From Candidatus Babeliales bacterium (lineage in GTDB: Bacteria > Babelota > Babeliae > Babelales > Vermiphilaceae), in contig CAVUQO010000003.1 in the NCBI GenBank assembly GCA_963743635.1, forward strand, positions 640,001 through 704,000: 64,000 nt of DNA. Reading direction: 5' to 3'. Shown one piece after another: positions 49,962 through 61,510 of this stretch (position 1 is its first letter; every line of letters begins with the position of its first letter). Below the pieces are notes generated by a model. That model was not told the origin of the DNA. It saw only the letters and a list, made by a program, of their open reading frames with translations, and searched no databases. The position numbers and the translations under genes are program-made.

Positions 49962-51926
49962 TTATCGATATGAGAGGCCAATCTTCAGCCAAAGACCCCA
50001 TTGGCTCATTGCGCAGTCGTGGCAACTTTGGATTCCGCAACATTTGTTTTTATAATTTTTCGGTCTTATTTTTGGTTTACATGCATCGTCCTCACAAGAG
50101 CCATGACTTCCAAATTCTAATTCAGCGCCAAAACCGCAATATGGGAACCAGTATGCTTCTTTTTCAATCTGTGTGTAGTTGACGTTCAGAAACAGTTTAT
50201 TTGAAATGCCTCGTGTACCAGCAAAATCGATCTGAGATTCTTTAATGTAGATCGGATCACTTGAACTGAATGCTTGTAATGCACCAGTGTTTGAGCGACT
50301 CAACACGGGAAGAAATATTCCATCATCTTCGGTGAATGCATACGCAGGGCTATCGGCTGCACTATTAGACGGTTGATCGACATTTCCCCTCGATCCACTG
50401 TGAATCGTTGCTTTGCTATCGGTTGCTGCAAGACGCACGGGAAGTCGATCAGTTGCGGGATTTGTGGCTGTAATAGTTCCTTCAAATCCTACTACGAATG
50501 CATCACCTTTGAGTGCCCAGCTATTTTCTGGAAAGATATCAGTACAGCATGGATCGGGACATATGGTTTCGCAACTTCTGCCCCAAAAGTTGTAACCGAT
50601 ATCTGCTTGAAATCCGCCTGATTGATATTCGAACATTAATGCAATATCAGCTTGCACGTTGATAGTTGAAGTTACCCGCATGCAGGTAATATTGGCAACT
50701 GGTGCAAACGCATTTTGGAATTCAACGCCCGCATTTGCATCACTTGGTTCATAGGCATCACTTGGAAGATAGGGATATGTAGGATTTGTTAATGAAGGGG
50801 TAAGACGCAGCGTTCCCAATTTTTCGGCGAGCATGTATCGGCTATTTGGTTTGCCACATAAATCAAAGGCGCGCATTTGGCGTGCTTTAAGCATATGGGT
50901 AATATATGCTTCCATATAAAAGCCATAACTTGTATTGGTTTCTTCATGAGTTATAAAAAGGAAGTGGCCAGTAATTTGTGCACCGACTTCCCAATGTTTG
51001 CCATTACCGATAATTGGTTCAAATACATATTCACCGCGTGGTCGCGTGCCGGTTGGTGCTGCAGCGAGAGCGCCGATGCCCAGATGATACGTTTCTTTTG
51101 CAAGAAAATTCCAACCAAGGATCATTTGTAGTTCACCAAAATTGTTAGTGACCATTGGCCCGCGGTTGCATTCATTATAGAACTTTGAGCATGATAATGC
51201 CTGCCATGCGAGTTGATTATAAGGCTCATTGCAGGGCATTGGTTGCCATGCAGGACCATCGGGTAATTGTGGTGCGTGTCCGGTAATATAGGCGGTGAAA
51301 TCGGTGTTCAACTGATTGCGCGTGATCGATGATTCGCCATTAAATGGATCATTGGGCATGCGATCTGCGCCGTACCATCCTTGAGGATATGGTTCAATAC
51401 CAAAATTTTCGATTATTTCATTGAAATGTAAGCGGCGACGGTTATGCACGAAAGGGCCTTGAAAGCGTAAATAAAGGCCATCATACCAATTATCAAGACC
51501 AACATAGAGTCCAAAATCAAGAATGAAATTTTCACTCGATGGATTGATTTCAAAGCAGCTCTGAAAATCCAGCGGCAAACCAAAATAGGGAGCAAACCAA
51601 TCTTTTGGGCCGCGATATGGATTGGAGATATCATATCCCGTTACATTGATGATCGATTTGCAACTATCGCATACGATATCATCGCCGAACAAACAACGCG
51701 CAATGTTTCCACCATTGAATGACTGCGTATATTCAGTGGTAACATTGAAACTAAAACTAAGTTCATCTTCCGAAGGGCGATTTATTTCACGATTCCAACC
51801 AACCATATGACGCGCAGCGTTTACCGCTTGTGAGCGGAAAGCAATATAAGGAGCTGGTTGTGCGAGGAATATTGGTGTGTGTGCGAGGATGCACCAAGCA
51901 AGAATAGTGCGATAAAGCGGCTGCAT
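49962..51926 (-). CDS. Cys-rich beta-barrel-like surface protein paralog 3
   Basis: Start MQPLY at 51926 after AGGAG; family motifs; ends CHDCAMSQWGLWLKIGLSYR. Confidence 0.82.
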   Translation of the reverse strand: MQPLYRTILAWCILAHTPIFLAQPAPYIAFRSQAVNAARHMVGWNREINRPSEDELSFSFNVTTEYTQSFNGGNIARCLFGDDIVCDSCKSIINVTGYDISNPYRGPKDWFAPYFGLPLDFQSCFEINPSSENFILDFGLYVGLDNWYDGLYLRFQGPFVHNRRRLHFNEIIENFGIEPYPQGWYGADRMPNDPFNGESSITRNQLNTDFTAYITGHAPQLPDGPAWQPMPCNEPYNQLAWQALSCSKFYNECNRGPMVTNNFGELQMILGWNFLAKETYHLGIGALAAAPTGTRPRGEYVFEPIIGNGKHWEVGAQITGHFLFITHEETNTSYGFYMEAYITHMLKARQMRAFDLCGKPNSRYMLAEKLGTLRLTPSLTNPTYPYLPSDAYEPSDANAGVEFQNAFAPVANITCMRVTSTINVQADIALMFEYQSGGFQADIGYNFWGRSCETICPDPCCTDIFPENSWALKGDAFVVGFEGTITATNPATDRLPVRLAATDSKATIHSGSRGNVDQPSNSAADSPAYAFTEDDGIFLPVLSRSNTGALQAFSSSDPIYIKESQIDFAGTRGISNKLFLNVNYTQIEKEAYWFPYCGFGAELEFGSHGSCEDDACKPKIRPKNYKNKCCGIQSCHDCAMSQWGLWLKIGLSYR

Positions 51927-52101
51927 ATTAATACTCCTTTTTTTGCGTATAGTTGCTTTAGCAGACAGACTACTATAAAGGGTTATCCTTTGGCTAGCCC
52001 TTTGGAATGGTTTGTGAGGCACGAGGAAACGTTTTTCTAGTAAATGTATTTTTCGATTGATATGTTCTTAAAAAATAGTTCCATAAAAAAAGGAGTTTCG
52101 C

Positions 52102-53631
52102 ATGAATAAATATTTCATATCGCTATTATTCATTTGTATGAGTGTACCTTTAAGTATGTATGCTAGTGATGATCATCAAACGGCGAATGTAGGGCTTGAG
52201 ACGTTGTTCGCTACGAAAGAAGTGTTATTGGACTCGGTGCGTAAAAAAGATAGTTGCAAAAAATTCTGCAATTTATGGATTCGCAATTGTTTGCGTGCGG
52301 CTGCGCTGAAAGTAGATGGTAATGTCCTAGTCGGTGGTGATGTAACCGTGAATGGTACCATTACTGCCAAGACCGCACCTGCGTGTATTTTTGAAGGTGG
52401 TAGCAATGGGCAAGTGTTGCTTGGGGTAACGAATGGCATTCCGGTATTTTCAACCCTGACTTCGCCCAATGACTCTGTTACGTTCTCGCCAGGGGCAGGA
52501 TCGTTAGGAATGAAGTTGAATCCATTCTATGGCAATATCGCACGCGTTGATCAAATATATGGTAATGATACCGGCCCTGATGCTGGATCGGTAAATGGCA
52601 AACCGTTTTTAACTCTCGGTGCCGCACTAACTCATGCAGGCGCATATGCCACCCCGACTACCCCGGTGGTCGTCTGGGTGTTTCCCGGTACCTATAATGA
52701 ATCAATTACCATTCCTAATAATGTAAGCCTTGTTGGACTATCCGCTGGGGGTGCTGCAGGGGTTGGCGGTGTTACGATTCAGCAAGTAAATGCTGCTACA
52801 ACGTTAGTAACTATGGGGCAGAATTCGTTCATTGAAAATGTGAATCTACAATTAACGGGTACAGCTTCCCTCACGGGCATTGCGATACCAACGGGGCCTG
52901 CCACTATTAAGTGTATCAAATTAAATGTAAGTAATGGGACACCCACCACTACATACGGAATTTTGGTTTCGGGGGATACCACAATAGATTCATCTATCAT
53001 CAACTCTAATGCATTTGGCATCTACGTTGACGCAGCCGTTTCTGGAACGATAAGCAATAGCATTGTGACGAGCAGTGGAGGTATTGCATTAGAAACCAAC
53101 AATGCAGGAGCATTATTCATTGCAAATGCATCAACTCTTAATGGAGCTACTGCAGATATATCACAAACTTTAGGTACGATAACGCTGGAAGATACTAGGC
53201 TTTTCAATTCAACGGCCAATGGCCTTAACTTTACGAGTACCATTTCACCTTCCACCCTCACGTGGGCCTCGACGGGAACTGTTTTGACAAATGCAAACCC
53301 GAACTATATGGTTCCAGGAACTGGAGCTGTCGCCACGACTACGGCAGCCGGTTTTGGGTATGTTATTCCGCAGCAATTAGTGGTTAGAAATTTGCAGGTA
53401 AAGGCACTGACGGGCCCAGGTGGAGTTACGACTACTTTTACGCTCTATAAAAATGGGGCGGCGATTCTCCCTGTTACACTGAGTGCTTCTATGACGGGTA
53501 CTGGTTCGCAAACTGTAGAAGATCTAACGCATAGCGTAACGTGCGCGCCCGGAGATGTTCTTTCGATGCAAATAGATAATCCTCTAACATCGACGCTTGC
53601 TAATGTAATGGTAGGCGTAGAGGTATATTAA
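52102..53631 (+). CDS. secreted fibre/parallel beta-helix protein 1
   Basis: Signal peptide; RKK..C..C.....C motif; VDGNV.VGGDVTVNG repeats; ARVDQIYGND...PFLTLGAAL...VWVFPGTYNE beta-helix cap; G/T/N-rich. Confidence 0.75.
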   Translation: MNKYFISLLFICMSVPLSMYASDDHQTANVGLETLFATKEVLLDSVRKKDSCKKFCNLWIRNCLRAAALKVDGNVLVGGDVTVNGTITAKTAPACIFEGGSNGQVLLGVTNGIPVFSTLTSPNDSVTFSPGAGSLGMKLNPFYGNIARVDQIYGNDTGPDAGSVNGKPFLTLGAALTHAGAYATPTTPVVVWVFPGTYNESITIPNNVSLVGLSAGGAAGVGGVTIQQVNAATTLVTMGQNSFIENVNLQLTGTASLTGIAIPTGPATIKCIKLNVSNGTPTTTYGILVSGDTTIDSSIINSNAFGIYVDAAVSGTISNSIVTSSGGIALETNNAGALFIANASTLNGATADISQTLGTITLEDTRLFNSTANGLNFTSTISPSTLTWASTGTVLTNANPNYMVPGTGAVATTTAAGFGYVIPQQLVVRNLQVKALTGPGGVTTTFTLYKNGAAILPVTLSASMTGTGSQTVEDLTHSVTCAPGDVLSMQIDNPLTSTLANVMVGVEVY

Positions 53632-53656
53632 TAGATAATTAAAAAAAGGAGTTGTA

Positions 53657-55266
53657 ATGAATAAACGTAGTGTATCAGTCTTAATAATGTGTCTAGGCAT
53701 CGCTATATGTTTGCCGTCATCGGCCAATCCAACAGACGATCAAATCGCGCGTGCAATCAGCGGAGAATTACCGTTTGCAGAACACGATGCATCGGATGTA
53801 GTCCGTAAAAAGAAGAAACGTTGGAAGAAATTGTGCGATGTAATTGTTAGTAAATGCTTAAGGGCAGGCGCGCTTAAAGTAGATGGTAATCTCGTGATTG
53901 ATGGTAACTTAACAGTAAATGATCTTTTGATTAATCACGCAGTAGCGTGCACTATCACGGGTGGTCTTGATGGGCAAGCATTGATAGGGTCAACTGGTTC
54001 AAATCCGGTTTTTAATTTCATAACTTCAGATTCTCATCACTCGGTTACTTTTTCTCCGGGTTCTGGATCGTTGGGTCTTGAAGCGGTAGCATTTTTTGGA
54101 AACGTAGCGCGCGTCGATCAAATATATGGTAACGATGCTACGGGTCTTGTGGGTGGAGCGCCATTTGCAACGATTACTGCAGCATTGGCTGCTGCGGGAA
54201 CCTATACTACGATATATGGTGATCCGGTAGTAGTATGGGTATTTCCCGGGGTGTATAGTGATACTGCATATTCTCCCGAAACGTTTCCCCTTAATATTTC
54301 CAATAACGTAAGTCTTGTAGGCATAGCAGCGGGTGCTCGCCCTGATGTTGGTGGGGTTACGATTCAGCAGCTCAGCGCTGCGGGGACGTCAACGTTAATC
54401 ACCATGGGGGTGGATACATTACTTGCAAATGTATCTTTACAACTGAGTACCACGAACAATGTTGCCCTTACGGGAATTTCTATTGCCACCGGACCTGCAA
54501 CAATTGATTCTATAGATTTAAATGTGAGTGCAGAATCAGGATCGGCAAATGCATATGGCATTCATGGTACCGGCGCAGCAACCATAGAGGATTCTGTAAT
54601 TACGGTTTCATCAACGGGAACTCAGGCGACGGCGGGTATTTTAGTTGATACTGCCAACGCCATCATGATGAGCAATAGCACTATAATGGTAACGAATACT
54701 GGGGGGGGAGCGCTGTAGGTGCAGAAACCAATAATGCCAGTGCATCATTCATTGCAAACGCATCAAGTGTGAGTGGTACTACTTCAGACATTTCACAACT
54801 TGCAGGGTCCATAATGCTTGCAGGCACAACGCTGGCGCACTCAACGGCAAATAATGGTTCATTTGCTAGTGCCTTTTCTCCTACCTTGCTTGTTTGGAAT
54901 TCACACACTGGGACCGGCACTGTACTTACTGGCACCAATTATATGGTGCCGGGAACTGCTGCGGTGAGCGCCTCCAATCCAGCTAATTTTGGGTATATTA
55001 TACCGCAGCAATCAATTGTAAGGAATTTACATGTGTATGCAGAAGAAGCTCCTGGTACAGGAAGAACTACTACCTTTACCTTATATAAAAATGGATCTGT
55101 AACTTCATTGACAACGTCTCTGAGTGGCACGGTGACTGCTAATAATGATCCTACTCATAGCGTATTATGCGAGGCTGGCGATGTACTTTCAATGCAGCTG
55201 ATTAATCCTTCATCGGGCACAGGATCTTCTTTGGGTAATATTTCGGTAAATGTAGAATTATATTAG
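53657..55266 (+). CDS. secreted fibre/parallel beta-helix protein 2, frameshift at a G8 tract (54701-54708)
   Basis: ORFs 53657..54718 and 54769..55266 together match protein 1 end to end. Confidence 0.75.
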
Positions 55267-55328
55267 CGCTTAGTACATATAGTATATGTTTGATATGTGC
55301 GAAAAAGTGGTTTAAAAAGGAGCGTATT

Positions 55329-57212
55329 ATGAAAAAATACATGATATCACTATTATTATATTGCGTTGGGGTGAGCATGTGTACGCTGGGTGCTTCTCAT
55401 GCTTTCCAGGATGAACTACGTAATGTAAGTTTGGAAGATCTAGCTACGATCGGTAATCATCTTTCTGATCAGGATTATAGCATTTTAATTAAAAATGCTG
55501 ATATTGACTGTGTGTATATTCCAGATTCTTTAAAAGATGCGATTAAAGTTCTCATGCATCGGTATACTGATTTTGAAACGCATATCGATATATCTCCATT
55601 GTTGCTTAATGATACAATACACATTGCGGCGGAGGAAGACATATTGGTATGTATGCAAAAAGTGGTTGATATCTTGGATGTCGCAGAAATTGAAAAAACA
55701 GATCCTGCATTAAAAATAATAGGCGAATATATGCGAGATCTTGCATCGGGCGAGGCATTTATTTTTTCAGAGCAACAAGATGAGCATGAGGAAAATGTGC
55801 GTAAAAAAAAGTGCAAAACCTATTGCAATCTTTTGGTGCGCAATTGCTTACGCGCAGGAGCGGTGACGGTCAGCGGTAATGCGGTTATTGATGGTACGCT
55901 CACGGTGGATGGCACGGTCATTAATAATAATAGTAGCGCGGCCTTTAAATTTCCCGATGGTACGAATGGTCAACTGTTGATTGGGTCTACGGGGGGAATA
56001 GCTCAGTTTGCAAGCGCTACTTCATCAGATGGTTCTATTATTTTGATCCCTGGTCCTGGCACATTAGAACTTGAAGCTGTTCCTGTGTTTGGGAATGTAG
56101 CTCGCGTTGATCAGATATTTGGTAATGATAGCACTGGCAAGGTGAGCGGTGCGCCCTTCCTCACGATTGGTGCAGCGTTGAATGCTGCAGCTGCATATGC
56201 TTCGGGACCGGTGGTAGTCTGGGTGTTTCCAGGAATATATAATGAAGCGATTATCATTCCCGATAATGTCAGTGTTGTGGGTGTTTCTATGGGTGGCTCT
56301 GTGAATGTTGGCGGCATTACGATTCAGCAAACGAGTGGTGCTACAACGTTAGTAACTATGGGACAAAATACAGCGCTTGAAAATATTACCCTACAATTAA
56401 CCGGAAACAGTACATCTACTTTCACGGGCATTGATATTCCTACGGGGCCTGCGACGATCAATCGCACAAGATTAGAGGTTAATAATACTACGGGAACAGC
56501 ATATGGCATTTTGGCTTCTGGTGATACTGCCGTAAATGTGGATGCATCGAATATCACAACTATCTCAGGAGGAACCTCCCGAGGTGTTTACGTTAATGGT
56601 GCTGCCAACGTCATCATGAGTAAGAGCACGATAACAACATCGGGTTATAATGCGATTGGTGTAGAAACAGTCAATGAATATGGATTATTCACTGCAAATG
56701 CATCGATTATTAGTGGGACAACAGCAGATATTTCAGAAAGTGCCGGGGATATTATCCTTGCAGGCACAACGTTGGCAAACTCAACAGCAAATTACCTTGG
56801 ATTCACTACTACAATCTCACCAGCAATAATATCTTTTGCAACTCTGAGTAACACATTAACTGGCGGCGTCCCCAATTCGGGTGCAGTGTTTCCAGGGACA
56901 GCGGCAGTCGTTATATACAACGGCTCTCATCATGATCGCAATATTGGCTATACTCCCCCTCAGAAATTGACGGTTAAAAATATGTATGTGGCAACTACAG
57001 CACCTGTTGTGAGTAACCTATTTAATGTTAATCTGTATTATAACAACTTTGGCAGGCTGGCATCACCCACCTTTGATACATATACTACTGCGGTGAATGT
57101 TACTGATGCTAGTGGAATGAGCACTTCGAGTGATCTGATTATTGTGCAAATAGACTGGGACCTTGAGTCTACTCAAATTACTGATCTCATGATAAGCGCG
57201 GTTCTATATTAA
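55329..57212 (+). CDS. secreted fibre/parallel beta-helix protein 3 with an extra acidic helical N-terminal domain
   Basis: ATG 55329 after AGGAG; same motifs as proteins 1 and 2, divergent C-terminal domain. Confidence 0.75.
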   Translation: MKKYMISLLLYCVGVSMCTLGASHAFQDELRNVSLEDLATIGNHLSDQDYSILIKNADIDCVYIPDSLKDAIKVLMHRYTDFETHIDISPLLLNDTIHIAAEEDILVCMQKVVDILDVAEIEKTDPALKIIGEYMRDLASGEAFIFSEQQDEHEENVRKKKCKTYCNLLVRNCLRAGAVTVSGNAVIDGTLTVDGTVINNNSSAAFKFPDGTNGQLLIGSTGGIAQFASATSSDGSIILIPGPGTLELEAVPVFGNVARVDQIFGNDSTGKVSGAPFLTIGAALNAAAAYASGPVVVWVFPGIYNEAIIIPDNVSVVGVSMGGSVNVGGITIQQTSGATTLVTMGQNTALENITLQLTGNSTSTFTGIDIPTGPATINRTRLEVNNTTGTAYGILASGDTAVNVDASNITTISGGTSRGVYVNGAANVIMSKSTITTSGYNAIGVETVNEYGLFTANASIISGTTADISESAGDIILAGTTLANSTANYLGFTTTISPAIISFATLSNTLTGGVPNSGAVFPGTAAVVIYNGSHHDRNIGYTPPQKLTVKNMYVATTAPVVSNLFNVNLYYNNFGRLASPTFDTYTTAVNVTDASGMSTSSDLIIVQIDWDLESTQITDLMISAVLY

Positions 57213-57231
57213 GCATATGGGCCCGACTAAA

Positions 57232-57265
57232 GAAAGAACCTCCGAATTTCATCGGAGGTTCTTTT
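57232..57265. terminator. bidirectional terminator
   Basis: AAAGAACCTCCGA-ATTTCA-TCGGAGGTTCTTTT between convergent genes. Confidence 0.8.
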
Positions 57266-57338
57266 ATTTATGTGAGGTACGTAAGTACCGACTGCTCATC
57301 CTGCGTAATGCGGTGCGTATGTAACGACGATGGAAGGG

Positions 57339-59291
57339 TCAGTTATATGAAGTACCTGCCTTCAACCATAAGCCCCATTGTGTGAGCGCACAGCTGGTGC
57401 AGCATGAACCGCAATTGGTGGAACAATTTGATGATGAGCATGATGTATCACAACAGTCACCATACGGTTGCGGCACGAAGCATACTTTGCTGGTGTTGCC
57501 AAATTCTACTTCGGCACCAAAGCCAAAATATGGCGTCCAATTTGTTTCTTCGCGATCATTCCATCCCCAATTTAGATGAGTAAATATTTTATTGGAGATG
57601 CCGCGCGCGCCTTGAAGATTGAAGTTAGATTCTCGAATTAGAATCGGTGCGCTTGAGGTATACAGTTGATTTGCAGGATATTCACTGATTGCTTGGTCAA
57701 CGTAGCGGGTTACTTCGATACCAGTAGCCGTACCGAAGGTGGCAGTTGCAGCAATTGAACTATCGGCGTACATGTTAGAAGGATCTTGTGGTGTAACGGG
57801 CGTGTAGTCGACGCCATTACGTAAGTTTGAGCCTTGATGAATGGTGGCAGTGCTATCAGTTGCAGCGACGGGGACTGGTTGCACTGCATAAGGATACATT
57901 GCATCATCTGCTACAAAGCCGTAGACACGGTTATCGCCTTTGAGGGCCCAGCAACCATATGGTTTTGATGTGCATTCATTGATGCAGATCTTTTCGCACG
58001 ATTTGCCCCAGAAGTTGTATCCAATATCCCATGCGAAATTATCCCTTTGATATTGAAAGCTAAATGCCATATCAGCTTGCGCACCAACACTGACACGTAC
58101 ATCACGTTGCGTTAAATTAGCAACGGGTGCAAATTCATTGGCAAATGCAATACCTGCATTGGATTCGCCATCAAGTACTGGGTTAGAGTTTTCATTTGAT
58201 GCAAGGCGTTGTGCAATCATGTATCGGCTACTTGTACCATTACATGCCAAATCAAAACAGCGTCTTTGATTGGTGCTAAACAAATGCATGATATTGATTT
58301 CAGCAAAGAATCCAAAGCGTGATTCATCAGTATCAGAACGCCACCACATATGATGTGCAGTTATTTGTCCGCCAAGTTCCCAAAATTTGCCATTACCTAT
58401 AATTGGTTCAAAAAGATAATCGCCTTTGCACCCATAACCAGGTCGTGTGCCAGTTGGAGCCGCAGTGTAGATACCAAGCCCAAGGTGGTAATCTCCTTCA
58501 TCATCGTTCAAAAAATTCCAGCCTAGCACGAAGCGCACTTCACCAAAACCGTTCAATGTCACTTGACTTTGATCGCATTGAGCTACAATTTGACTGCACA
58601 TGAGTGATTCCCAACATACATTATCAGGAAGTGATGGTACGCAGCCACTGCTATAATTTAAAAACTGGCTGTTGAGATCGGTAACAGTAACCGAACTTGT
58701 TTCGCTGTCATTACTGATTGTGTCTGGTCCAAAATAACCTTGGAAATAACCGACGGTGCCATTTGAGATGATGCTTTCTTTAGCATTGAGAGTCCAAGCC
58801 GTGTGTACGTATGGCGCATGAAGTCTGAAATATAATCCTTCAACCCATTGGTCAAGGCCGGTATAAAAACTAAAATCTAAAAGATAATTGGTGATGTGGG
58901 GATTAAAGCTGACAGAACTTTTAAAATCGCGTGGTAATCCAAAATAATCAGCAAGCCAATCTGAGGGTCCTCGATCATTGCGTTGCGATCCCGAAACGAT
59001 AATTGATGGTCCGCAATCACTGCATACCAAATCATTGCCAAAGAGAGCTCCAGTCAGATGATCATCTCGGAAAGTACGCGTATAAGCAAAGGTAAGATTC
59101 ATGCTTGCGTAAAATTCATCACCCAATTTTCGATTGATACCCCAATTAGGATTGTTCCAACCAACCATTTGGCGTGCAGTATCCAAACTTTGTGATCGCG
59201 GAATAATTTTGGTTACGGTACCTGCATGGGTGAAATGTACGATACTAGTGCAAGCGATTAACAGCATTAATTTTTTGGTGAATTTCTTCAT
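57339..59291 (-). CDS. Cys-rich beta-barrel-like surface protein paralog 4
   Basis: Signal peptide; family motifs; Cys/Ser-rich loop before CALTQWGLWLKAGTSYN. Confidence 0.82.
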   Translation of the reverse strand: MKKFTKKLMLLIACTSIVHFTHAGTVTKIIPRSQSLDTARQMVGWNNPNWGINRKLGDEFYASMNLTFAYTRTFRDDHLTGALFGNDLVCSDCGPSIIVSGSQRNDRGPSDWLADYFGLPRDFKSSVSFNPHITNYLLDFSFYTGLDQWVEGLYFRLHAPYVHTAWTLNAKESIISNGTVGYFQGYFGPDTISNDSETSSVTVTDLNSQFLNYSSGCVPSLPDNVCWESLMCSQIVAQCDQSQVTLNGFGEVRFVLGWNFLNDDEGDYHLGLGIYTAAPTGTRPGYGCKGDYLFEPIIGNGKFWELGGQITAHHMWWRSDTDESRFGFFAEINIMHLFSTNQRRCFDLACNGTSSRYMIAQRLASNENSNPVLDGESNAGIAFANEFAPVANLTQRDVRVSVGAQADMAFSFQYQRDNFAWDIGYNFWGKSCEKICINECTSKPYGCWALKGDNRVYGFVADDAMYPYAVQPVPVAATDSTATIHQGSNLRNGVDYTPVTPQDPSNMYADSSIAATATFGTATGIEVTRYVDQAISEYPANQLYTSSAPILIRESNFNLQGARGISNKIFTHLNWGWNDREETNWTPYFGFGAEVEFGNTSKVCFVPQPYGDCCDTSCSSSNCSTNCGSCCTSCALTQWGLWLKAGTSYN

Positions 59292-59375
59292 GCCCAACTC
59301 CTTATATTTTTACTCTTATTTTTTTACACATTAAGATATACCTTTTTTTGAAGGTTTATTCTACGACGGAAGGAA

Positions 59376-61358
59376 TCAGTTGTATGATGTGCCAATCTTG
59401 AACCAGACACCCCATTGATTTGGCGCGCAATTCGGGCAGCATTCACCACTATTGCTGCAATTATTGATGGTGCGTGAGCAGCTCACTATAGTACAACCTG
59501 TTTGGAAACAATTGTTTGGGCAGCAGGGACCTTTTGCAGAACTGAGTTCAACTTCAGCACCTACGCCAAGATAGGGAACCCAGTTACGATTTTCATTTTC
59601 AGTCCACGCCCAATTAAAATGGGTAAATAATTTGTGTGAAAAACCAGTAGTGCCACCCAGATTGAAATCGCATTCCTGAATGAAAATTGGTGGATTTGAG
59701 GCATATATGGCAATTGAGCTTTCTGGAAGTATGGCAACATTATTGTCGGCAAGAGATACAATGTTATCAGCATAAAAATTAGTAACTTGCATCGGTTGTA
59801 TGGGAGTGTAATCAACTGAATGAGTTAAATTTGAACCAGCATGAATTGTCGCTTGACTATCGCTGACTGCGAGTTTAATGGCGAGTGATTGCATCGGTCC
59901 ATTATTAACAAAACCATAAACGCGTTCATCACCTTTTAATGCCCAGGTTCCCATTGATGAAGAAGAGCTGTTATTAATGCATAATTTCTCGCAACTTCTT
60001 CCCCAGAAATTATATCCAAGATCCCATTGGAAGCCATTCATGTTATAAGATAAACAGAAGGCAACATCACCTTGAGCAGAAATAGTAGAAGTGACACTCC
60101 GGCGTGTTAGATTTGCAACGGGAGCATAATTATTAGCAAATTCTAAACCAAGTGTGTCGACTGCAGATTCAAGCATAGGATATGTAGTGCCATTTGAAGA
60201 GAGTTCTTGCGCTAACATATAGCGGCTATTGATACCCGCTGAGCAAAGATCAAAACAGCGTGTTTGGCATGCTGCAAAAAGATGGGTGATATTTGCTTCA
60301 AGGTAAAATCCGAAACTTTTTTCTTCATCATCACTTCTCCACCAAATCTGATGAGCAGTTATTTGACCACCAAGTTCCCAATGTTTGCCATTACCCACAA
60401 TCGGCTCAAAAGCATAGAGTCCTGTTTTTCCTTCCCCGATACGACTACCCGTTGGGGCTGCCGCATAGATTCCAGCACCAAGATGGTAATCAGCTGCTGC
60501 ATTATCGAGGAAATTATACCCAAGTACAAAGCGTAGTTCAGCAAATCCGTTGAGTACAAGATTGTCGCATGCACAGCTATTATCAAATCTACTGCAACAC
60601 AATGGCTGCCAGGTAATCGTTCCAAGATCTGAACACGGTCCATATGTTTCGCAAGAGGCCTCTCCATATAATGCATAATTATTATTGATGCGTGGTACTG
60701 TATTGCCATTACCATATTCTAAAAATGTTCTTGTAAGATTGGCTACAGGAACATCATTGCTTGAAAAATAGCCTTGAAAGTAACCAAGAGATCCTGTTGA
60801 AGTTATGTTTTCTGTTGCATTAAGGCTCCAACGAGTATTTACATAAGGTCCATAAATTTTGAAATATAATCCATTAAGCCATCGATCGAGACCGAGATAA
60901 AGGCTGAAATCCAAAATAAAATTTTGAATACGAGGAACAAGCAAAACCGTGCTTTGATAATCACGGGGTAAACCAAAATAATCAGCGAGCCAATCATGTG
61001 GCCCCCTGTCTGATGCGGCTGAACCGGAAATATAGAGCCCTTGCGTAACAATATTCACGCCAGCCTCAATAGCGGTAGTATTACATATGCATGAGGTATC
61101 GTCGCCGAAAAGACTATATGCAAGATTTGCTGGTTTGAATGTTCGTGTGTATTCGAAGGTGAGATTGAAGCTGGTATACAAGCTATCTTGTGGATAACGA
61201 TTGATACCCCATTCAGGATTATTCCAGCCAACCATTTGGCGCGCTGCATTAAAACTTTGTGAGCGAGGAATTATTTTATTGGTGGTGCCTGCATTACAAA
61301 GATGCGCCATGCTCATAAGCATTGTAAGACAAAGTAATATGCGGTTGCATTGAGTCAT
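59376..61358 (-). CDS. Cys-rich beta-barrel-like surface protein paralog 5
   Basis: Signal peptide; family motifs; ends CAPNQWGVWFKIGTSYN. Confidence 0.82.
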   Translation of the reverse strand: MTQCNRILLCLTMLMSMAHLCNAGTTNKIIPRSQSFNAARQMVGWNNPEWGINRYPQDSLYTSFNLTFEYTRTFKPANLAYSLFGDDTSCICNTTAIEAGVNIVTQGLYISGSAASDRGPHDWLADYFGLPRDYQSTVLLVPRIQNFILDFSLYLGLDRWLNGLYFKIYGPYVNTRWSLNATENITSTGSLGYFQGYFSSNDVPVANLTRTFLEYGNGNTVPRINNNYALYGEASCETYGPCSDLGTITWQPLCCSRFDNSCACDNLVLNGFAELRFVLGYNFLDNAAADYHLGAGIYAAAPTGSRIGEGKTGLYAFEPIVGNGKHWELGGQITAHQIWWRSDDEEKSFGFYLEANITHLFAACQTRCFDLCSAGINSRYMLAQELSSNGTTYPMLESAVDTLGLEFANNYAPVANLTRRSVTSTISAQGDVAFCLSYNMNGFQWDLGYNFWGRSCEKLCINNSSSSSMGTWALKGDERVYGFVNNGPMQSLAIKLAVSDSQATIHAGSNLTHSVDYTPIQPMQVTNFYADNIVSLADNNVAILPESSIAIYASNPPIFIQECDFNLGGTTGFSHKLFTHFNWAWTENENRNWVPYLGVGAEVELSSAKGPCCPNNCFQTGCTIVSCSRTINNCSNSGECCPNCAPNQWGVWFKIGTSYN

Positions 61359-61510
61359 AAGAATAACTCCCTATTAACGTCGATGGTGTGATGTTCTTTC
61401 ATGAGGCTATCTTAGAAACTTTTTAATTTCGTTTGCTAGAGTTTTATAAATCTTATGATTTGGGTTATATAAGCTGAGCACTTCGTTACTGGGATATTGT
61501 AAATCATCTT

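Noticed and set aside
52102..57212. Prophage tail module
   Set aside because: The proteins have Sec-type signal peptides, and no capsid, terminase, baseplate or integrase genes are nearby.
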